Below are positions 48,881 through 62,170 of a stretch of DNA of 64,000 nt, piece after piece. The first letter of the stretch is position 1. Every line of letters starts with the position of its first letter. The position numbers and the translations under genes were made by a program. The notes under the pieces were generated by a model that did not search any database, was not told the origin of the DNA, and worked only from the letters and a program-made list of their open reading frames with translations. Source of the stretch: the human T2T-CHM13v2.0 reference genome, Homo sapiens; the NCBI RefSeq assembly GCF_009914755.1, contig NC_060928.1. One strand, written 5' to 3'.

Positions 48881-49620
48881 CAGAGTGATCCCCCATTGGG
48901 CTAATAGGTCCTGTCCCCAAATATTAATGGGCATAGGCACAATTAGAGGTTGTATAACTGCTTTTCTTCCCTCCGAATCCCAACATGTTAGGGGATGCGT
49001 GCTTTGCTTGGCTGTGTGCACTTCCCTCATGCCGATAATTTTTTGCTTCTGAGTGACCCGAGGCCAAGTTTCTGGCCAGTCTTGATCACTAATGATTGAA
49101 ATATCCACCTCTGTGTCCAATAAGCAATTTTATTTCCAATTTTTAAGGTAATCATGTGTCTTTGATCTGTGATTAATTGGTTCCAGTATGCTCCTGTGGC
49201 TCCCGTGCTTCCAAAACTTCCCTTTCCCGTTTCCTTTCCCTGGGCATTGGGGACCCAGTATGGTAAAAGTAGCAACTAAACTATCTTTGATCCAGGTAGA
49301 AGAATATGCAGACTTTTACATTTCATCATAAATAATATCTCACTATTAATTACCCCTGTGATCACACTGATTCCTTTACTGGATAGGCTTGATTGCACTA
49401 GGACTAATCCCACTGTTCCCAGAGGCAGTGGGCCCCAGATCCCGGTTGCAACCTTTTTAGGGTCTTCTTCTTTAAGGACTAATTTTTTGGAGCAGAGTAA
49501 GTCCAGTCATGCACTCCCAGAGGTGGCCGCTCTGAGAGAGAGGACTGTGAACTTTCCATCTGACTGAGAAAACCCACTGGCATTGCCCTAGTTTGGAGCG
49601 GGGCCTGGGGCCAGCCCCTC
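48880..49620 (-). pseudogene. pro: Disrupted dUTPase-protease of the HML-5 provirus
   Basis: dUTPase remnants RAATSGSA and GKGSFGSTG; protease remnants DTEVDISII and NIWGQDLL. Confidence 0.85.
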
Positions 49621-51008
49621 ATGAAGTTTCCCACCTGATTACTTAGGGGGTTGCCGTTTTTATCAAATTTGGACAGTCATTGATTTGCCAAATGTTTCCC
49701 CTTTTTACAGCAGGGGCATATAGAATGGGGTTCTTTTCCCACGTTACCTTGGTCTCTACTATTGGGGCACTCCCTCTTCGTATGACCTGACTCTGCATAG
49801 GAAACAATTTGGGTTTCTCTCCCTTTTCACCTTAGGAGGCTTTAATGCCATAGCCAATATTTTGGCTTTGTGTGTTTCAGTCCCCACCAGTTGACATGCT
49901 CATGTAAGTCCCCAGACTGGGGCTGCCTTTCCTCTGATTGCCTGCATTGCTTGCTGGCAGTCAATGTTAGTGTTTTCATAAGCCAATTGCAACAATAAGA
50001 TATCAGCGGCCTGGGTATGACTAATTTGTCTCTTAATTCCCTGGGCTAACCAATTGATAAATTCAACAAATGGCTCCTGAGGCCCTTGCTGAACATTTAT
50101 AAAAGATCTCTGTTGAACTTCACTTTTGAGAATTTGGTCCCAAGCCCTGAGAGTGCACAAAGACACTTGTGCATAGGTTTGGGAAGCCAAACTTAATTGT
50201 TGTTGTACACTGGCATAGGGACCCCTCCCCTGGAGCATAGCAGCTGTTACGTCTCGCCCGGCCACTTGATTCTGGTTGGCTTGTTCACACAACTCATTAT
50301 ATTCTGCCTTCCAGAGGAGATATTGGCTGGGCTGTAAGGTTGTTTTAGCTAGCACTGACCAGTCCCATGTGGGTATATGGAAGTTGTTTGCTATGGCTTC
50401 AATTAATCCTTTTGTAAATGGGCTAGTGGCTCCCTTTTCTCTAATTCTTCTTCATATCTCTTTATAAGCATCAAAAGAAATAGGTTCATACACCTGATTG
50501 ACTTGTTGATCTTGTATTACCAGGCAGGCCAAGAGCTCCCTTTCTAATGCCACTTGCCTAAGACAGGGTCCCATAGCTGTAGCATATCTCTTCTCTTTTT
50601 TCCAATTTATTGCAGGAGGGGGCTCAGGCAAAACCTCTGTTTCCTCTTTGGTATTTTTGCCAGAGAATGGTGGGACTGAGGTAAAGAAGGTGACGGTTCC
50701 TCCTCCCTTCCCTTTTTAGGCTCTTCTGTGTAGAGTGGGACCAAAGCAGCCCTAACTAAGGCCCATAACATTAGAGATGTTATTGGGACCTGTTGCCCTT
50801 GTGTATGATGTTCTTTAAGATTTCTCCCCACTTGTTCCCAGAGCTCCACATCTAGCAAGCCTTATTCTGAGAACCATGGGTTATGGGAAACAATAGTCTG
50901 CATTAAGCCCCTTAATTGAGCCTGCGAGACGAAGGCTCCACTAGCTTTAAGCAGCTGTTTCAGTACTTTTATATACTGTTGCTGTTGAGCTGATAACTGT
51001 TGTCCCAT
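49560..51008 (-). pseudogene. gag: Disrupted gag of the HML-5 provirus
   Basis: ATG at 51008 reads MGQQLSAQQQQYIKVLKQLL; major homology region VQQGPQEPFVEFINWL; two damaged zinc knuckles at ~49680-49810. Confidence 0.88.
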
Positions 51009-51132
51009 GATGTAACCCTAGCCTGAACAAGTCGCTCAAACTTGGAAATCCCCTGCAGGCACCAATGACTTACTGACTGTGCAGTCTCTTCACCTTCATT
51101 TTTGAGAGTTCTATTGCAATCCGTTGCAGCAT

Positions 51133-51150
51133 TCCTCACACAGGGCACCA
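51133..51150 (-). promoter_or_regulatory. Primer-binding site complementary to tRNA-Met
   Basis: Plus strand TCCTCACACAGGGCACCA matches the recalled 3' end of elongator tRNA-Met (TCCTCACACGGGGCACCA) at 17/18; lies 2 nt from the 5' LTR. Confidence 0.85.
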
Positions 51151-53469
51151 CCTGCCTCTAAGTCTGTCCTGCAGACTCTGGCTGAGGGGTGGATGAAAGA
51201 AGTATGCCGACACAGGTATTTTGCCTGACAGCCCAGGTAGGGGACCGCACTGCTTAGCACCGCCAATGACAGTGCAGCAGCAGCAGCTACCCCCATAAGT
51301 ACAGATTATTTAGTACAGATTTAATGACAAAGGCTTGGAGCAAACACAATTTGTAGGTAATTAACATTGTCGACCCCCTAGTAGAGAGCAGTCCTGCAGT
51401 GAATGATCAAAGGTTGGTTTCTAGAGACAAAAGTAAACAAATGTAGATAAGTTTCTTTACATTCTCTTGTTATCTATCCTTTGCTCTCAGTCTCTAGATA
51501 AGACAATCAGCTGCCTTCAGCTTAATCCTCTCCCAAAGCTTTTGCAAAGCCTCTCGGCTTTCCAAGCATCTTTCCTATAATTTTTCCCACCACCCTGACC
51601 AATCTCCTACAATTAAGGCCTCTCTATTACCTGAGACACCATACTGAAATTAGGTTAATTAATAATCCTAAAACGACCTCTAAGTGCTCAAGTAAAAGGA
51701 AGAGTCAGGAGTCATACATCTCTCGCTTTAAATCAAAAGCCAGAAATGATTATGTTTTGTGAAGAATACATGTCAAAAGCCAAGACAGCAGAAGCTAGGC
51801 CCCTTGTGACAAACAGCCATATTTTAAATACAAAGGGAAAGGTTTTTTTTCAAAATATTACCTCTCATTTACAATGCACCTGGTCACCTAATGGCTCTCA
51901 TGAAGATGTACAATAAGATTAATATTTTCATGCCTGCTAGCATGACATCCATTCTGCAAATCATGGATCAAGGAGTAATTCTGACTTTCATGTCTTATTA
52001 AAAAAAAGAAAAAAAAACCTTTTGTATAGTTGCCATAAAGAGTGATTCCTCTGATGAATCTTGGCAAAGTAAATTGAAAATCTCTGGAAAGAATTCCCAC
52101 TCTAGAAGCCATTAAGAAGATGTGTGACTCATGGGAGGAGATCAACATAAAAACATTCACAGGAATTTGGAAGAAGTTGATTTCAACTCTCATGGAATGA
52201 CTTTGAGGAGTTAAGACTTCAGTGGAGGAAGTAACTACAGATGTGGTGGAAACAACAAGAGAACTGAAGATAATAATAATGTCATATAAAGTGTTATGAC
52301 AAATGTCATATCTTCACTTCCGTGTAATGCATGTTTATATCACTTGAGCTATGTAATTAAGCTGAAGTTATCTTGTCTTATCTTTTAATTTTTAACATGC
52401 ATGTTTTAATTTATATTTTATGTAGTATTTTATTGTTTATATATATCAGCAATATCTTCTCATTTCCTTTTTAATTTTCAGTACCATTTGTATAATTTTT
52501 AAACTTCAAGTACCACTTGTATATAATCAAATGTACAAGTATACATTTGAACCATTTGTATGATCATGGAATTTGTTACTTATATACTTCTGATGTGGTT
52601 AAAAGACAAATTATTTAATCTATAATTTTTATAATATATCTTATTTGAAACCTTTTCCTATCCTATGGTTATAATTATATTCTCTATTTTCATTAATATA
52701 TTAATTATACTATTTCTAAGGCTATAATGATGGTCTATATTTTCTTCAGAATATGATATATTTAGTTTTGTATTAGGACCTGATTTATTTAATTGGCATG
52801 AGCTGAAGTTCACATTTTCCCATGGATATTCCACCGTCACATAATATAGTCAATTACCCATTGATTTGCAATGTTATCTCTATAATACATCATGAATCCA
52901 AGTAAATGTATGTATCATTTTCTTTTATATCTACTTGATTCTATTCATAGTTTTATATACTATTGCAAAAATAAAAATCTCTCACAAAATACACCTTTAT
53001 AATAAGCTTTGCTATTTGATGAGATGTTCCTGTCTTTCAAAATCATCTTGAATATTATAAACCCATTACCCTAGAAAAGATCTGTGTTTGTTTTTAAGAG
53101 AATAAGGGAATACAAATCTGTGAACCCTTTTTTTAATCATTGCAGTTTTTAACTACACATTCAAATCTGTAAATTCAAATACAATACTCAAACATTCTTA
53201 GGTCTATAGTTCAATTGTTCAAAGAAGATGATAATTATGGTTTTTTTTTTCTAATGTTGGCATGGAGTTGGATATTTTTCTTTTGCAATCATTATTTCCA
53301 TAAGTAGGATCTTTCCCCCTAGTTTAATTGAGAGTGCAATTCATTTGAATGTTTTAATTTTAGTTAGGTGTTTCCAGTTCTGCTTTCCACTAAGTTGCTT
53401 GGGTAAACATTTCCCTCTGATGCCAGCTATTTTTTTATTTTTATAATTTCTACTTCTCTGCTGATCAAT

Positions 53470-53823
53470 AGACCCTCATTTTAGAGGTGTCCACCCTATA
53501 CCCAGATGAAAGGACTGTTCTTATCTTTCTTATCTCTTAAGGCACAAAAAATAATCTGAACATATAGACCTTGCTAAGCTCTTCCCAGTTTATTAGATCA
53601 TGCCCCTTTGTCCAATCATACTGTTCCACACATATTACATCAACAAACATAGCATAAATATCAACAGGTTTCCCTGTTTCTTTGGGTCTTGACTTCTGAA
53701 AGTTCCTATGCTGTGTAAAACCCAAATTTTTACACTTTTCTTTTGTAAATTTGTCTTTTGTTTTAGGGAACTCAGCCATGAACTCAGAGATGGGAAAGAA
53801 AGATATTTATTTTCAACCCCTAC
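53470..53823 (+). mobile_element. ERV1-type LTR, 3' portion, same family as 10963-13600
   Basis: Shares GACCTTGCTAAG, AGATCATG and TTTGTCCAATCATAC with 13420-13485; ends CCCCTACA. Confidence 0.65.
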
Positions 53824-55037
53824 AGAAGCAAAAGTCTACTGCCATCAAACCTAACACTGGAATTGATATGATTCCAATGCAGCCCTGGCTTTGATGTAAT
53901 GCTTCCTTTTGTCGTTGTTGTTATTATTGTGTTGTTTGCTTGCTTATTTTGGTCTTGTTGGTTTTATAATTTTTGCAAACATATCAATGACACAAAATAT
54001 ATATTTTATAATGTTTCACATATCTAGGTAAATTTCATCAGTAGATTTCACAAATTTTTTATGTTATTGTAGTAGACAAGAGAAGGCATTGTTTAATTAG
54101 CCTGAATATGCTTTTTATAAGATATATCTAATTTAGTGACATCCCTATTTCCTATGAGCTTATTTTTAGTGCAGGAATACAAGGGGAAAAAAGTTTCCAT
54201 GGGAGTACAGGAAAATAAAGGCTTGGTTCTTACTATGTTTCATTAAAATAATAAAGATATTTGGTCGTTTGAGGAGAGAGAGTTCAATTTTCAGTTCCTT
54301 TGTTGAGGGAAATTAGTTATATTTTCCAATGCAAATCTGCCCAGGGATGAAGGGAAAATACTTAAATTTTAAAAAGCAAAGTTTTTAAATGGATTTTATT
54401 AAAATATTAAACTTGATATTACAAAGTAATATCACTTTATACAAAGTAATATGTATGTACTTTTAAGTTTAAGTGCAAAATAAAAATATTTTTTTCAAAA
54501 TTGGCTTGTAAGTTATATTTTAAAAGCACACAGATCAATGATGCACCTGAAATTTTGCTCATCTTCGTGAAGATTCACATGTGTTTACATGGAAATATTT
54601 TCAGGCAATCTGAAGAGTTTTAAATAGCAACCACAAGAAAATGGAAATGAATAACTTCATTTTCTTAATGAACTCACAAGTTAGTGGAAATCAAAAAAGC
54701 ATATACAACTTACTCTGACCCATCATAGTACATGGCATAAGGGCACAGCATTAATGCCATGAACATTAGATGACAAAAGCAATGATTCGTCTAGAAAATG
54801 TAAAATGCTTAACAGAAAATATAACATTTGAACTAAGACTTAAATGAAAAGTTAAAGGAAAGGAAGACTATAACAGCCAACAATTTAAAGTAATAGGAAA
54901 CAGTTACTGGTACTTATTCTTTATCAAATAACATTTTAAGTGCCTCATATTCCCTGAGTGGTTTTATTCTGGCAATATAAAAAGTTAGACTTAATCTAAC
55001 CTAAAAAATTGGTTTTAATCTTAACCCTTTAAACATC

Positions 55038-55545
55038 TGTGATAGTTACTTTTACGTGTCAAATTAACTGGATCTCAGAATGCTCAGATAACTCATTAAC
55101 TTTTTTTCTTGGTATGTCTGTAAGGGTATTTTCAGAAAAGATTAGCATTTGAATTGGCGACTGAGTACAGTGGATTGCCTTCCTCAATATGAGTGGCAGC
55201 AGTCAACCCATTGAGGACGTGACTAGAACCAGAAAGTGGAGAAAGGGAGGACTCCACCCCTCTCTGCCTAACTGGTAAGCTGGGAAACTGAATTTCCCTG
55301 GCCCTCAATGCTCTTGGTTCTCAGGCCATCAGATCTGGACTGGAACATACACCATCAGCAATCTGGCTTCCAGGCCTTCACCCTACACCACCGGTTTTCC
55401 TGGGTCTCCAGCTTTCTGATGGCAGATTTTGAGACTTCTTGGCTTCCATAATCTCAGGAGGCAACACTTCATAATAAATCAGTTTTATATACATATATAA
55501 AATCTCCAATTTGTTCTATTACTTTGGTGAACCCTGACTGATAAA
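55038..55545 (+). mobile_element. MLT2 (ERV-L) solo LTR, MLT2D-like
   Basis: Starts TGTGATAGTTACTTTTACGTGTCAA; contains GATTAGCATTTGAATTGG; ends GAACCCTGACTGATAAA; perfect TSD ACATC at 55033-55037 and 55546-55550. Confidence 0.9.
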
Positions 55546-55550
55546 ACATC

Positions 55551-55680
55551 TGAAGAAACTAAGCCATAGAGAGGTTACGTAACGTTTTCAACAGCACATA
55601 TGAAATTTTTAGCAGAGTTTGTATTCAAACTCAAGCAATCTCTGTCTACCATCTGAGTAATTGACCTCTATGTTATGCTA
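55551..55680 (-). mobile_element. MIR fragment
   Basis: TGAAGAAACTAAGCCATAGAGAGGTTACGTAAC...ATTCAAACTCAAGC resembles the MIR core. Confidence 0.65.
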
Positions 55681-57739
55681 ACAGGTTTAAGCATGACAAA
55701 CATTTTTACAAGCTGAAAAATGGGAGTAAGCACTCCACCCAGAAGAAACAGCATGACAGCATGAGCAAGAGCACCAGACAATTAGAGCACAGATATTCTA
55801 GTAAGGCTAGTGAACTGGACCCATGGTAGCTAGGAAGTCATATTATACATTATCCTACACTGCTCACAGAAAGAATGAGCTAATTATGTTGATGTGACCC
55901 CTTTATTTTGCCGTAATTAGTCAGATGGTATTCATCCCAACCTCAACCAGTTGCCTTGAGCAATGTTTTATCATCATAGTCATGAGCAGGACTTTACTAG
56001 TATTACTTTCTATATGAACAGAAATAACCCAGTCTAGAAAAGTATTTACTTAGCCTTTCCCATTTGTGAGAATGAAAGAAGTTGGGATCGATACTATAGT
56101 GATAAGATTAGAATAGTTAATGTGAACTTTCTATTAATATAGGGAAATAGAATCTCCAGGGACAAGATGGAATCTGTGGCATAATTTTTATAAGTGAAGA
56201 AAACTTACAATTAAAATACACATACATACTATATAAAATAATTCTCTTTCAAACTAATATGGTGCTACTTTTTCCTTATATAGTAAAAAGACATCAAAAC
56301 AATTATAAATCATATCTATAGTAACCAATGTGTGTTCACACTCTATGCTTAACAGATTTTTATAAAAACAGATCAAGAAGACAGGATTATAGAAACTCAG
56401 TAGTGTTCATGGTTTCAGAGTAGAGCTAATGATTTCAGAATCAAGTGGATAAGCCTGAAAAGCCACAGATTCTTGAAAAATACAATGGCAATGAGATATT
56501 GATTAAATAATATGAATCTGCCTGAAAACTGAATTTCAAAATGTGAGATAATAAAATATTGGTGTTTCAATAAATCTTCAGATGTTCTCTATTCTCCAAT
56601 ATGTGGCTTCTTCAGATCATAATAATAATTTTTAAAGTAAGATATATATTGCATAATAATTGGACAGCTTCAAAGAATAACTTAAATCCGGTAAATATTG
56701 AAATATCCCTAAAAATGAAAAACTCATGCTTCTTTTATTGTTTCCTAGGGGAAATTTGAAGATATTTGGCATTCACCAAATTTAATACAAAATATTATAT
56801 TAAAGTATTCATTATATCCTTATTTAAAAGTTATGTAAAAATTTATATGCAGGAATAAAAATATGAAATCATTTTTATCTTCAAGCATGTCTGAATTTAA
56901 TGAAAGTGATAGACATATATTTGCAATTTAAAATGAATGCTAATACAAGATTAAAAGGGATATACATAAATACAATTTAAGTCAATAATCCTAACTTAAC
57001 TGAAAATAGGCTAAATAAATCTTCAGAGAAACTTTTTTTATTGTTGTTTTGTTTTTTATGTATTTAGCCATGAATTAATAACTCAAAAGTTTATATTACC
57101 TATTTTCCTTGAATAGAATTTAGTTATGTGCCCTTAAACTTAATGATAAGTATCACCTTATATTTGTTCACTACTTTATAATGAGTTTAATACAAATGAT
57201 TTCTTTGGAGTCTTACAATAGCCAGGATATGAGGCAGGCAAAGAATTATTAGTGCAATTACACAACAAGAGAAATCATGGCTCAGAGAAAATGATACCTT
57301 GCAAAATGTGGAGTAATTAAAATGAGTACATGGGTTTTCTGATTCTTAAACTAATGATTTTTCTCCTCACATTGTATCTTCTTCTGGGTATAGCTTGGCA
57401 AATTGAATCATCTATGGAACATGAGGAGTCTATTGTTTTTCATGCACCTCTAAAAACTGCAAAACTAGGAAAAAAGACTATAAAAGTTCAGTAAAATTAC
57501 CCTAAATCACTATTGCACCTGCTTCAGAGGTATATATTGCATGAAGGCTTAAATTCATTTCAGGGGTGTCTCACTTCTCATTGTAAAGTCCTTCAGGCTA
57601 AAATAAAAAGAAAATTATAAAGATTCATTAATGTCAGAAGATTATCTGATATAGTCTCTAATGAGGCTCAGCAAAGTCTCACAGTGTCCTTAACAAATTA
57701 AGACAAAGAAATATTTAGTTCACGGAAAGGAGAATATGC

Positions 57740-58040
57740 CTAACACCTTCCAGTTATGTATATTCACATGTCCATTAGAAACACTTACATTTTTTCCAAC
57801 TCATGGAGAACCCTACTCAACATCCATCACCTTCTTTACATATTTATTCCTCTTAGAACTTATCATCATCTTTGAACATATTGCATATTTCATCTGTTTA
57901 TGATCTATTATCCTTATCTGAATATAAGCTCTCCAAAGGCAGGGCTTTTGTCTATTTTTTCCTTGTTGCATTTCCTGACTATAAAACAGTGCTTTCATGT
58001 GGGATTTTGTAAATATTTATGGAATAAATAAATCATTCAT
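57740..58040 (+). mobile_element. L2 3' end
   Basis: GAATATAAGCTCTCCAAAGGCAGGGC...AAATATTTATGGAATAAATAAAT. Confidence 0.7.
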
Positions 58041-58439
58041 CAATTTTTAAAAGTCTCATTCAATAGCACATTTTAAAAAATAATTTATTACTTTATTAAA
58101 AAATAATGATTTCCTACTGTGTTTCTGGCACAGTACTGTATGTGATGAGCCATGCCCATGTTCAGGGAGTTTATAGTCTTGTGGGAAAAAGACTATAGTT
58201 GAACCAATTATACTTGTAACCGTCAATGACAATAGAACAGATGGCACACTTTATTTCTCATGGGAGCATCAAGAAATCTTTACACGGGAAGCAAAACGCA
58301 TGCAGAGACTTCAAGGATTATTAATGTTAAACGGTTGAAAAATAGGAGATTTGAGTTCAGGAGTAGGATATAACATGTGTGAAGGTGTTGAAGCAGAAAT
58401 AAGCTAGGTATGATTAAGAATAAAGTAATTTTAACTGAA

Positions 58440-59758
58440 TATCCACAGGCAAAACACTGAAAGTGTACCTCATCTCATACACAAAAGTCAACTCAAAATG
58501 GATTAAAGACTTAAGCATAAGACATGAAACTCCAAAACCACTAGCCAAAAACATAAGGAGAAACCTACTTGACACTGGTTTACGCAATGATTTTTTGGAT
58601 AATACCTCAAAGGCACAGGCAACAAAAGCAAAAATAGACAAATATGATTCTAACAAACTAACAAGCTTCTCTACAGCAAAGGAGAAAATCAACAGAGTAA
58701 AGAGGCAACCCGAGGAATGGCAGAAAATATTTGTAAACCATATGTCTAATGAGGAGTTACTCCAAAATATATAAGAAAATCAAACAATTCAACAGGAAAA
58801 AAAATACGTAATCTCAGGAAAACAAGGGCGAAGGACCTGAATAGACATTTCCCAAAAGAAAACATACAAAAGGCCAACAGGTATATGAAGAGGTGCTCAA
58901 TATCATCAGTCATCAGGGAAATGCATATTAAAATCACAAGGTGATATAATTTCACATTCATAATAATAGCTGACAGAAGATAAGTGTTGGCACAGATGTG
59001 GAGAGATCCTATGTACACTGTCAGTGGGAGTGTAAAGTAGTACAGCCACTATAGAAATCAGTATGGAGGTTCCTCAGAAAATTACCATATAATGCAGCAA
59101 TCCCACTACTGTGTATATATTCAAAGTAAATGAAATCAGTATGTTGAGGAGATAGCTGCACTCTCACGTTCATTTCAGCATTATTCACAATAAACAAGAT
59201 ATGGAACAACCTAAATGCTCATCAACAAATGAATAAACAAAAAATAATGTGCTATATATACACAATAGAATACTACTGAGATTTTAAAAAGAAGGAAATC
59301 TTATTTCCAACAACATGGATGAGTCTGGAGGATATTATGTTAAGGAGATAAGCTAGGCATAGGAATACAAATACTGCATGATCTCTTATATGTGGAATCT
59401 AAAGATAATGGAAATCATAGAACCAGAAAGTACATTGGTGGTTGTACTCAAGGCGGCAGTGAGACGGGGTTGGTAAGTGGAGAGATGTTGGCTAAAGGGC
59501 ACAAAGTTTCAATTAGACAAGAGAAATAAATTCTGGAAATCTATTGTACAGCATGGTGACTATAATAATGATAATGTAAATGTAAAAATTGCTGAGTAGA
59601 TTTTAAATAATCTCATCACAAAAAATAAGCATGTGAGGTGATGGATATGTTAATTAGCTGGATTTGACCATTTCACAATGTATACATGTATCAAAACTTC
59701 ATGTACACCATAAATATGTTTGATTTTGTATTTTTCAATTAAGGAAAAAATAATAAAA
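58440..59758 (+). mobile_element. 5'-truncated L1MA (about L1MA7/8)
   Basis: ORF2 C-terminal fragment (YTKVNSKWIKDL) and L1MA-type 3' UTR (TATTGTACAGCATGGTGACTATA; GTGAGGTGATGGATATGTTAATTAGC). Confidence 0.88.
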
Positions 59759-60099
59759 TATTTTTTGTGTGACTCTAACCTAGTGATGGAGGAAAACATA
59801 CAAGGAAATATGGTTTGACCTGGAAACTGCCATGTATACCTTTGCATATAATAATGAGTATTTTTATCTTTTATTAGTACAACAGAAAATAATGGGAGGG
59901 CTTTAAGGAAGAGATGTGATTGTGATCAGATTTATACTTTACAAGATCATTCTTTGTAGTGAAGAGGATATGAATAATGGATTAGTATAAGGCAAAATTA
60001 GATGCAGAGATTTTTTATAAGGTATATTTTAGTAATCCAAGTAAATAAATGATAATGGCATAGTTATGTTGCTTACAGCTGGAAGAAGATTGAGCACAT

Positions 60100-60530
60100 T
60101 AATTCATTCATTCACTCACTCATTTATTCAAAAAGTTGGTTTTGGAGTGGTTACTGCTTTTCATGTACTATAGACACTAGGCAATCAGAGCTAAACAAAA
60201 CCCTCATGGACTTAAGTTTACTAGGAAAATCAAATATTTTAAAACACTGGTTAATTAAGAGATTATGTCACTAGGGATCTGCTTTAGATTGGGCTGTGAA
60301 AGTTGGCTTCTCAGAGAAAGTGACATTTTACTCGCCATCTGAAAATCAAGATGACTCAATCCAAGCAAACGACAGGGAACAGAGATTACCAGGTAAAGTG
60401 AAAAGGTGCAGAGAATATATTTGGATAAAAACATAGTGAGTTGAAACAGTCCAATCTTATGGCTCCAATGTCAGGTTAGGAAGCATAAATTTCAATGCAG
60501 ACATGATTAGAAGCCATTCACAATTTAAGT
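60100..60530 (-). mobile_element. L2 3' fragment
   Basis: TTCATTCATTCACTCACTCATTTATTCA tail plus degenerate L2 body. Confidence 0.55.
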
Positions 60531-61954
60531 TGTGTAATATGTATGTGAAATATATACTTAATATATAAGTAAAATATATACAAATATAACTAAAATCATC
60601 CTGTTTCTTTTTAGGTCATGGGGATTACTCACATGAAAGTGTTTTACAGTTGAGAAAGAGTGGACACAGCTTTGTTTTTTCCATGCTGCTCATGGATTGG
60701 GCTAATTATAAGAATTTATTAATTTTCATCTAGTTCAATTTATAACATTTCTTTGTGATTTTTTTTCTGTTTTTAAGCTAGTATTGTATGTATATATGTA
60801 GTTACATCACATCTTGTACAAACCCACTAAAAAGGGAACAAAAATAATGCTTCTAGTACTATAATCTTGGTAACAAGGTTAATGACCTCATATGGTAGCT
60901 ATAAGAAAGTAGGGAAAATACCAAGTCCTTCTCCTCCTCTTAAGAAGCATGTCCCAAGCATATGCTACCTGGGCTTTTTCAGCCTTTCTCAGTTTCTAGA
61001 AAGTGAGTGGGCAGCCCAGCTACTTTTGTCTCTTTCTGCCTACAGGAATTTCTTGCTTTGGTATGCTTGTGCCTACAGCAAGGATGCATCCAATAACATG
61101 CTTCTCATTATGGGTAGGCTTAGTGGGGTAGTATTTAACTTCTAAAGGGTAGGCAGGCTTCTCTGGAAAAAGTATGTTCAAGGTATTTGGGAGGTTGCTT
61201 ATATTTACGAGTCTATTTTGCCACTTCTACATTACATTCTCCAAATTTCTTTCTTAGTAATATTGCTGATATTTTACTCATCATCTCTCTAAATCTTTTA
61301 TTTGGTTCAAAACTCGTATGGAGAAATTTTATGTAGTTTTACTTATGTTTTCCAATCTCAAAGTGTGATCTTCTGCTAACATATGAAAGGCAAAGCAATG
61401 ATGCAAAAAAAAAATTGTGTTGATACTGCAAGTTGTGAATACTGTCAAGTTTATGATATGTAATTAACAGTAACTATTACTACATCAGTTATAAACGGAT
61501 AAAGTTGTGTTTGGATTAACCAAATGCTCCAAAATATACAAGCAGCATAAAGGATAATGTTTTGGAATAGATAAGATTTTTAAGGCCCACAACCACCACC
61601 AAATATGAAAACAAAACAAAATTATGACAGAAAAAGAAGCTCTTCTGAGAACATTATATGGAATCGAGGAAAGACTAAGCATAAGATATGAGTCATCTAT
61701 TCCCAACTTTACATAATAGGGTTTTATATTTACTATATTTAGACATTCATTCTTGTAATGATGTTAATTGAAAGTTTTTATCTAATTCTTTTAATATGTG
61801 GATTAAAGATGGCATTTTGTTTTGTCATAAAATATTACTTTTTCAAAAAAAAAATGACACTTATGTACCTTAAAATAAATTATCTTCCATAAAATACCAA
61901 CCATATTATTCCTAGTACTACTTCTTTAGTAACCTTTAATAATTGTCAATCACC

Positions 61955-62170
61955 TTATTGTCAGGTATTGGGCTAAATGCTTTACATATATTATCTCATC
62001 TATCCCACACAATTCAAGTTGCTATTACCTTAGTCTTCATTTTATAAATGAGAAGGCTTATATGTAATAAGGTTAAATAGCCTTCTCAATATCATAGATT
62101 CCATATGAGATTATACCTCAATTTCAACATAAGTAAAATAATCTGAGCCCATGAGCCTAATTATCATCCT
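61955..62170 (-). mobile_element. MIR
   Basis: GGCTAAATGCTTTACATATATTATCTCAT...CATTTTATAAATGAGAA...AGGTTAAATAGC. Confidence 0.75.

Larger units (their letters stand above)
44981..51611 (-). mobile_element. HERV-K(HML-5)/HERVK22-like class II provirus with two LTR22-type LTRs (5' 51153-51611, 3' 44981-45488)
   Basis: Two homologous LTRs, PBS, gag-dUTPase/pro-pol-env order, polypurine tract at 45489-45500; imperfect TSD (CCTAAG / ATTAAG). Confidence 0.92.
42302..52270 (+). mobile_element. Tigger1 DNA transposon in three pieces (42302-42312, 44639-44980, ~51618-52270), internally deleted, 3' end not seen
   Basis: TA then CAAGCATAC (cf. Tigger1 terminus CAGGCATACC); GTGGCAAC...CAAGCAAGTCTAT; transposase N-terminus TCTAAGTGCTCAAGTAAAAGGAAGAGTC; DDE-region remnants YNAPGH and MDQGVI. 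Confidence 0.88.
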
